NCBI GenBank assembly: GCA_964270895.1
Contig: OZ185436.1
DNA: 64,000 nt
Strand: one strand, 5' to 3'
DNA from: Podarcis filfolensis
Lineage: Eukaryota
This document shows positions 56,573-64,000 of the stretch, one piece after another (position 1 is the stretch's first letter; each line of letters opens with the position of its first letter). The translations under genes and the position numbers were made by a program. Under the pieces are notes generated by a model. It worked only from the letters and a program-made list of their open reading frames with translations, did no database searches and was not told the DNA's origin.

Positions 56573-59500
56573 CTGCACAAAGAGAACACAAAAGTCTACT
56601 TGAACCAAGCTGAAGATTTGCTCATCTCAAAGTGCATAGGGAAACCCTCTAAAAGTAGAATGTGGGGAAGGGGTGTGTGGGAATTGTGGTTGCCTGCCCA
56701 TCTCTTGCCCTGCCTCCAAGAGGCCTGGTACAAGAAGATTGTTGCCTATAATAGGTTTAAGAGCAAACTGCCCACACTATAAAGCCATTCAAATTTCACT
56801 GCAGAAAAGGGGATTAGCAAAATGGAACAATGGCACAAACCTGCACTTCAGCGTGTAGATGTTGCCCACAAACTTCACCAAGGAGGTCTGTGGTGGCCTA
56901 GGAACCAAGGAGGGCACAGGTCTCACTCTGGGAGGTGGCTGGCGGACCTCTTCAACCTTCTGCTGCAGATCAGCCATCTCCTCTTCTCGAGGTGGAGGAG
57001 CCTCAACGGGCTTGGCCTGCCTCCGTTCAAACTCTAGTGAACAGGGGGGGAAATTTGTTTCGGAAAGGATGCTGGGATATAGCAAAAAGCATTGGCTGTG
57101 ATATATTTGGAATGAGAAAGGAACTTTGTGAAAACATTTTTATGAAAAAAGGAAAGGTGGGGCAGGAGAAAGTATAGACGTCATGCGGGAGAGTGGGGAA
57201 GCTACACAAATAGCATTGTCATGCTAAACGTCTCCCCATGACTAAGAACTTTACATGCCAGTCTGTTGAGGAATTTCTCTGAGGCCCTTAGCTGAAGCTA
57301 CCCAAAGAATTGGGGCCAATGAATAATTTGGGAGCACTGAGAAATTAGATTGGTGCCTGAACATTCACTGCCACCACTCCTACCTCCCAGGAAGATACAG
57401 CAGCCTCCTCAAGAAGGCCTCCCAACTGGCCAGAAAGCCTTGTACCCAGATGGGCCCTGTGTTGAAAATCTGGGAGAAATGACTCACTGTTTATGTTATG
57501 CTGCTGATGCTCCTCCATCTTTACCAGCGACAGAGGTGACGTGACTGCAGGTCGATCACTGCCATTGCCGCCACTGCCACTGCCACCATCCACAGCTTTG
57601 CTAGGCTCACTGGGCACTATCTCCCCACCGAGGCTTCTGTTCGCCAGTGGAGGGCTGCCTGCCTGCAGGCTCAGGGGAGCCCTCTTCCCAGAAGCATCGT
57701 TGTCGCGCACGTGAGATGCATTGCGGAACTTTTTGGTGAAGGGCCGCCCACCCTGGATGTAGCTGCGATAGGCTCCGGCTTTCTGGGGACGATGCTTGAT
57801 CCACTCACTCAAAGTCTCGATTGGGGAGCCGTTCACACACCATTCAGTCACTCCAAACTGCCTGAGGTGCGCACGAGCATGGCTGGCCAGCGCCTTGCGG
57901 TTCTCAAAGTAGAGGCCACACAGTTCACAGCAGGCTTCGGTGGCTGGGAGCAGAAATGGCAGGGAGCTAGACTGAGCAAAACCTTCAGTAAAGGACTTAA
58001 GCAGTAACAGTTCAAGTGTGGAGCACCAGGACTTATTTGCTCCATGGCACTACTCTTATTTTCCCATAAAGGATCCTCAGGGATCGATACCAACAGCCTG
58101 AAAAGCCCACTTTAAAACTTCTAAGCACTGCCATCACCTGTAGCCCACAAGTCAAGTAAACCAAACCCCAGAATCCTTTGCCCATAAATAGGCAAGATGC
58201 ATACCTTTGCTCACTTTGGCCATATGGCTGAAGACATGAAAGTTTACACCATTTACTGATTTGCCCAATGTTTGAATCCCTAAAGATAATGAAATAACTC
58301 TCTACCAGCCAGAGGATGCATAAAGGCTAGCCGATACCAGGGAAGGAGAAGAGACAATGTACTATACCAGTGTTGTTGGCTAACTCTAAGCCCACTACAT
58401 GTTAAAAAAAACCATACCTATCAGGACACTGCCTCGCATCAAAATGTTTTTCTAAAGGCTGTAGTGGAATACCTTTTATATGAGGTCCATATGTACACTG
58501 TTGCATCTACCCTCCCACCCCAACAAGCCTGAAAGCAACTCAATTTCATAAGTGAAGGCCCAGAAATAGAATACCAATGTTTATCAGGATCCCAACCTTA
58601 TCCCTTCCCCCATTCTGGGGTTGCACTTACATGTATGAGTGGGCTTGTCATGCACATGCTTGGCTTTGAATGGCAATTCCGTCTGGATGTAGGTTTTCTG
58701 CTTCACTTCACTGTGGCCGCTCAGCCGCTCATCTGGCAGCGGGCGCTTAGTGGAGAGTGGTGCCAAGAAGCCCTCTGGTGACTTGAGTGGCGACAGACTA
58801 ACCTCCCGACCAAGGTGTGGTTTCCCAGTCCTCCCGCCCAGCGGGGACAAGGCCATGGGCTGCAGCATTTTCCCAGGGGATTTAGGATCAGCTCCATCCT
58901 CCCCCATGGGCTGTGGAAGCTCAATGCTCATTGTGTTTGGCTCTTTCTTTATCAAGCACGGCTTGTTCTTTTTCTTTATGATTTCTCGTAGCGTGTCGAT
59001 GGGGGAACCATTGACCGACCACTCAGTTACTCCCATCTGGCGCAAGTGAGATCTGGCATGGCTGGAGAGCCCCTTCCGGTTCTCAAAAAACTCACCACAA
59101 AACTCACACCGAATATCCCGCACGGGGTCAGCACGAGAGGCTGCAAAAGACAAATCAACATGCACAGAGAATGCTTTACACTCAAAGGCAATTAGCAACC
59201 AGTCATGCACCTCTCACAACCTTCTTATTTATTTCTGCAGTGCTTTTCAAAACACACACACAAAACGAACTACTTATCTCACTTATATCTGAGAAGCCAT
59301 CCATTAATTTAAAGGCTGAACAGGTTCCATGCCTGAAGCTAACATGCTTCTCAACACTCTGTTAGGTCTAGAGTGACTGCACATTTGGAGACAGGAGTAT
59401 CTGAATATTTGCATTTATTTTGCCAATCAGGAAACACAGAAAGTTTCTCACTGTACTAAGGCACCAATCGCTAATAGGAATCTTACAAGGAATCCATACA

Positions 59501-62278
59501 TGGTCACAAGACCTCAGAATCTCCAGTGCAGGAATGCATGAGCATAAAGCTGATGCTACCTGAGATCTTGATTACTAGGCAGCAGCACCCTGTTTACTGA
59601 GAAAACAATATCATGTAGCCCTAATTCCCAATTCTTCACTTTCACACCCATTCCAACATGCATTTTTGCCCATCACCAAAGGCTTATGCATACAGCCCCT
59701 GTTGCTAACACTTACAGAGATTGAGTGGGGACATCTCCTCTCGTGGTGACCAAGCTCTATCAGATAGATGTGAATCATTATGAAGTCCCCCAGACATCAT
59801 TTCCCGCTTGATTTCCATACGCAGCTGATCTTGTTTCAGTTTCTTGTGCAAAGAGGGAGAAGAAAGCCCAGGGAAGATTTTTCTAGCAGTTGGGGGAGAA
59901 GAGGTAGGAGAGTGCCCCAAAGGGCTCCCTGGCTGCTGTGCCTTCTTAGGCATGGGAGGCACATGGCTCTCCCCTGGACCGCGTGACTCCAGGGAGCCTC
60001 CAAGAACAGACAGAGCAAGTGATTTCTGACCCTGTGCTGGGGAGTTGGAGGTACTGGTCCGAGGCTGAGCTCGCCTTTTTAGGATTTCTCGGAGGGTGTC
60101 GATGGGAGAGCCATTCACATACCACTCAGTTACACCCATCTGGCGGAGGTGCGACCTGGCATGGCTGGAGAGCCCTTTCCGGTTCTCAAAATATTCACCG
60201 CAGAACTCACACCTGATATCCCGCACAGGTTCTGCTCCAGAGGCTGAGGAGAAAGAGGAGAGGAGAGACAGGCCATTACAGAGGCTGAAAAAGGGATTGG
60301 GCAGGGAGCAGGATGTGACGTGGACACCAATTAGGTTATTCCCTTATAAGGCAGTATGAAGCAGGCACATAGCACAAGGATTTCACACAAGACAAAGCTG
60401 ATACCTTAACAAGATTGGCCAAAGGAAAAGAATTAAAAAAATAAATAAACCACCAACAATCCTTGTGAAGCATGAAAGCTGGGGTAGGATGTGGTCAGAG
60501 CAGGGGACACTGGATACATGACAGGAGACAGTGAAGAGCAGGTGCTGCCAAATTATAAAAAATGCTGAGAATGGCTGGTCCTATGTCATGAGATTAGCGA
60601 GGAGGTATACCAGAAGCTGTGTGCTTTCCTTCGCACCCTGATCAAGCTTTCAAAGGAAGATGATCATGTGCGTGCAAGGAATCGGGCATGAAGGCCAGTT
60701 TCTTCTCCATGATCCCACTGTCTCCTTCAAAACGAAGGGCCACCCGTCGGGATGAAAGTACATTTGCTGTACAGCTGAATAGGAAATCCCACAATGAGAA
60801 ATGCTGAATACCTTTTCCCATCCCAGAATTCAATGCCTTAATTCTCCCTGTCAGGAAGTTCAGAGAAGACTCATTTCCCAATGTGTGTCAGGGGAAGAAC
60901 CACCAAGTGCTCTGTATTTGCCACCGTAAGCTTGAGCCATGCAGCCTCCTTTAGGTAATGCAGGACAGCTAGTGCAAAGGGGTGAAACACACCATTCAAT
61001 ATGGGGTGCCCATGGCTATTTAACAGCTTTAAAGCCAGCAGTATGCAGATCACACTTTGACTGGTCTCATCTACTCTCCCTGCACTGAGGGAGGTAAATA
61101 GCTGGAATGCCACCACCTTGAGGCAGTTGTCACCTCCATCTCTGAAATGGGTCGTAGTGCCACTTTAAAGCCCTGGTAAAATTGTAAATGGCAGAAGCAA
61201 TCTTCTTCCTTGCTCTGTAACTGCTAAGACATTAAATGCCATGGAGAAACACATCAGTACTGAGCATTTTGCTGACACTAAACAAAGCCAATGAGTGCTG
61301 TAAAAAATGCAGCAGTCAATTTCAAACCAATGGCCACCAAAAGGCTCAGGCTATGTAAGATTGCACACTCTTCCCTTCAAACTGCTTAATTAATTCCCCT
61401 TCCATCTGCAGCAGATCAGATTGAATCCACACTTGTCTTGTGATCCTCTTAACTGAAGAGCAACCATATAGCCTTCTCCTATCTGGGACAGGGAGATGCC
61501 ATCCATGTGGAGCAAGAGATAACCGTGGAGAAAATACCCGGACAGGGAAGAGTTAACTTCAGCACACGCACAGGCCAGCTGGGAAAGCTGCATTATACAT
61601 TTCAGAAAAAGCTTTGCAAGAAAAGCATGTGGGCCAAAATGCTTGCTTCCCCAACCCTTTGCTGCTTATTGGACATGGTGGCAGGAAATGGCAAGGGGCC
61701 TGGATTTCTAAGCGTACAGCTCCATGTCACATAAACAAGACTAGGAAGGGGGGGAGGAAGAGGAGGGGACAGGAGCCAGTGCTGATAGAACCTACAGAGA
61801 TTGAGTGGAGCCATCTCAGCATCTGCTGCCCAGTACGCACTGGAAGAAAGACCCTGTTTCCTTTGCAGGCTGGCCGCAGCTGACAACCTGTGGCCATGTG
61901 GCTTCAACTTCTTGGATGGTGGAGGGGAGTGAGGTGAGAGTACAGATGGCTGTTTGCCCAAAGGCCTTGGTGCGTGTGCTTGTTTCATGCCTGTGGCAGG
62001 CGCTGCTGTAGCTGTGCTCTTTGGGCTGGGTCCATCAGAGCTCCCAGTCTCCCCTAATGTTTCTCTCTCGCTATGGAGGAGAGAGGGAGGGCGGCCTTTG
62101 AAGTCTTCGCTTTTGATGAGATCATTTAAAACATCAATAGGAGATCCTTTAGCATCTGGATCGCTCACTCCCAGGTGTCTCAGGTGGGCTCTAGCGTGAC
62201 TCGACAGCCCTTTTCTGGTTTCAAACCAGGCACCACATAACTGGCAGTCAATTTCTCTGCCCGAGTCACTATCTACAG
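56416..62278 (-). CDS. WIZ: WIZ (widely interspaced zinc fingers), 3' six coding exons; 5' part lies beyond the window
   Basis: Repeated CxxC...RKGLSSHARxHL-GVTEW-x-VNGSPIDTL modules and C-terminus [54 protein letters not shown]; 2327 nt in frame. Confidence 0.96.
56841..57033 (-). CDS. WIZ: WIZ penultimate exon (FERRQAK...YTLKC)
   Basis: tcactag|AG ... CAG|gtttgt, 193 nt. Confidence 0.94.
57488..57943 (-). CDS. WIZ: WIZ exon (TEACCELCGLYFENRK...QHNIN)
   Basis: ctcccag|CC ... ACA|gtgagt, 456 nt. Confidence 0.94.
58631..59140 (-). CDS. WIZ: WIZ exon (SRADPVRDIRCEFC...DKPTHT)
   Basis: ttttgcag|CC ... CAT|gtaagt, 510 nt. Confidence 0.95.
59716..60243 (-). CDS. WIZ: WIZ exon (SGAEPVRDIRCEFC...SPLNL)
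   Basis: ctcctcag|CC ... TCT|gtaagt, 528 nt. Confidence 0.95.
61796..62278 (-). CDS. WIZ: WIZ exon (VDSDSGREIDCQLC...APLNL)
   Basis: ttccgcag|CT ... TCT|gtaggt, 483 nt. Confidence 0.94.
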
Positions 62279-64000
62279 CTGCGGAAAAAAGAACACATTG
62301 ATCACAATAGATACGATCACACAACTGATGTGTCTCAAGTACCCGTTACAACCTGAAAAGGACCTTCTTCCTTTTTTTGTTCTAAAGGCCCCATTTCTCA
62401 CTCCAGAAATGGTAAAGTGGTTTCCTAGTAGGATTTAGCAAGCAGCCCTAAAGGAAAGCCAAGTTATTCACCTGTACCCACTGATGCTGGTTTAACAGTT
62501 AAGCAGAAATTCTCTCAGAAGACTTGCATTTAACCAGATTTCCTTTTAGTGGCCCAGGTCAAGTTTTCAAACACTCTCTTTCCTGAAAACATGATGCTCA
62601 AGCCTTTTCCATCTCAGCTTAAACCATCAGGCATTTCAGACACTGGTAACTTTTGAAAACAGCCATGTCAAAAACTGCAGAGTGTCAGACAGTCCTAGTC
62701 CCAGACTGAGCAAAGCTTCAAGCTGCCAGCTGGGTTCATGCTGGAAAAGCAATGTGGCAAACAGAAAAGAGTGACTTAAAAAATTAAACCGTCAGTTTAA
62801 GAGGTCCAAAGCATTTGCATTTTTGCCTAGCATTTCAATCCCTCAGACTGAAGAATCTTAATGTAAATGGTCATCCCCAATAATGGCACAATGTTAAATA
62901 CAACACTTTCCAAACCGTAATTGTTTCTCATGCCTGTAAGGTCCATGAGGTTTCTTTGATTCGCTATTGAGCTTTGGGTTTGATTTCAAAATAAAGATGG
63001 AGAGCAGTGACGTTTTCAGTGCTATGACTCTTACATAGTCCAGCAGCATGTGGTATAAGCCATTAGGAAGAAATGAGTTGAACCCAGAATTGACAGCTGT
63101 TATTACTCAATGAGGGCAGAACTGCCACTTTAAGAGTTTATTTTAGTTCATGCAGATTTATGCCAATTTCCGTCACCAGCAAATTCAAATTCCCAGGAAT
63201 GTTCTAAGAAGCCATGTAAGCTATCTAGAAAATTGCAAAGTTTGTTGATTATAAACCTCCACTTTCATATACAACTGACCAGATGAAACAGTTCAAAATC
63301 TTATCAGCCAAGGCAGAGCCTAAAAGCAAAAAAATAAAATAAAAGCAAAGGTTCTTGCAGCAATTTCAAAAATATGAAGTGCAGGTAAAGTATCAATGCC
63401 AGGGCAAAGAGTTATGTTTAGGAATGGATTACACCTCAAAATGGGAATGGGAAGCAGCTGTATAAATGGTGTTGACTTTCTCAGCAACTCTTTTTCAACT
63501 GCATGCTTGAGGAAGAATCACAACATATCTAAGGACTCCAGTGCTCAACTGACATCACAATATTATGTTAAGAATCTGCGGCCCATGACAATGCAGTTAG
63601 AGAAGAAGGCAAATGGGACTTGGAAAAGGGGCTTTTAAATTGAAGGTTCCCTGATGAAAGAAGCAGTAACTCAGTTGTGGGGTAGACAGGTCAGGATGTC
63701 ATCCAACACTTCCTTACAACTGATGCTGCAGACTTTGTTGCTGCTGGGTCAATAGAAGATACCACAATATACACCTTGTGCACTGTTATCTTTCCCCACC
63801 CCCAGATAGGACTGGCCTTGGTACCTTGAGCCAAGCCCACCAGAAAATTCCCCTCTCTTTACGATTCTCCTTACCTCTGCCTCAACACACCAAGTCAGAA
63901 CTCACTACTCCTTCACCAGCAACAGCTGTAAAACGGCTTTTTAAAAGAACTGAAATGGCAGAAGCAGTGCTGATTTTCTATTATTTTCCTCCAATGCAAG

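Overview
Vertebrate (squamate reptile, probably a lacertid lizard judged from its Sauria SINE and MITE content) genomic DNA carrying three minus-strand spliced genes in the same order as human 19p13: the 3' six exons of WIZ (62278 to stop 56416), complete AKAP8L (13 coding exons, 48846 to 29332, 632 aa) and complete AKAP8/AKAP95 (14 coding exons, 23016 to 6146, 706 aa). A CpG island at 1-1110 is the 5' end of a further minus-strand gene, probably BRD4 by synteny (no coding sequence visible). Exons were mapped by hand from splice signals, reading-frame continuity and recalled mammalian protein sequences. Introns hold SINEs, CR1/L2 fragments, hAT MITEs and seven TA-flanked Tigger/pogo-like MITEs. 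I found no convincing new gene system. The best leads are: CpG-rich MITEs carrying an ETS hairpin plus NRF1 palindrome; an AKAP8 that appears to lack the PKA-RII anchoring helix but has a (DYG)n expansion; a second promoter-like module in AKAP8 intron 1; a GC-AG intron and a missing mammalian exon 2 in AKAP8L; and symmetric WIZ zinc-finger exons whose CtBP-type PLNLS motif is completed across the splice junction. Repeat boundaries without target-site duplications are approximate.
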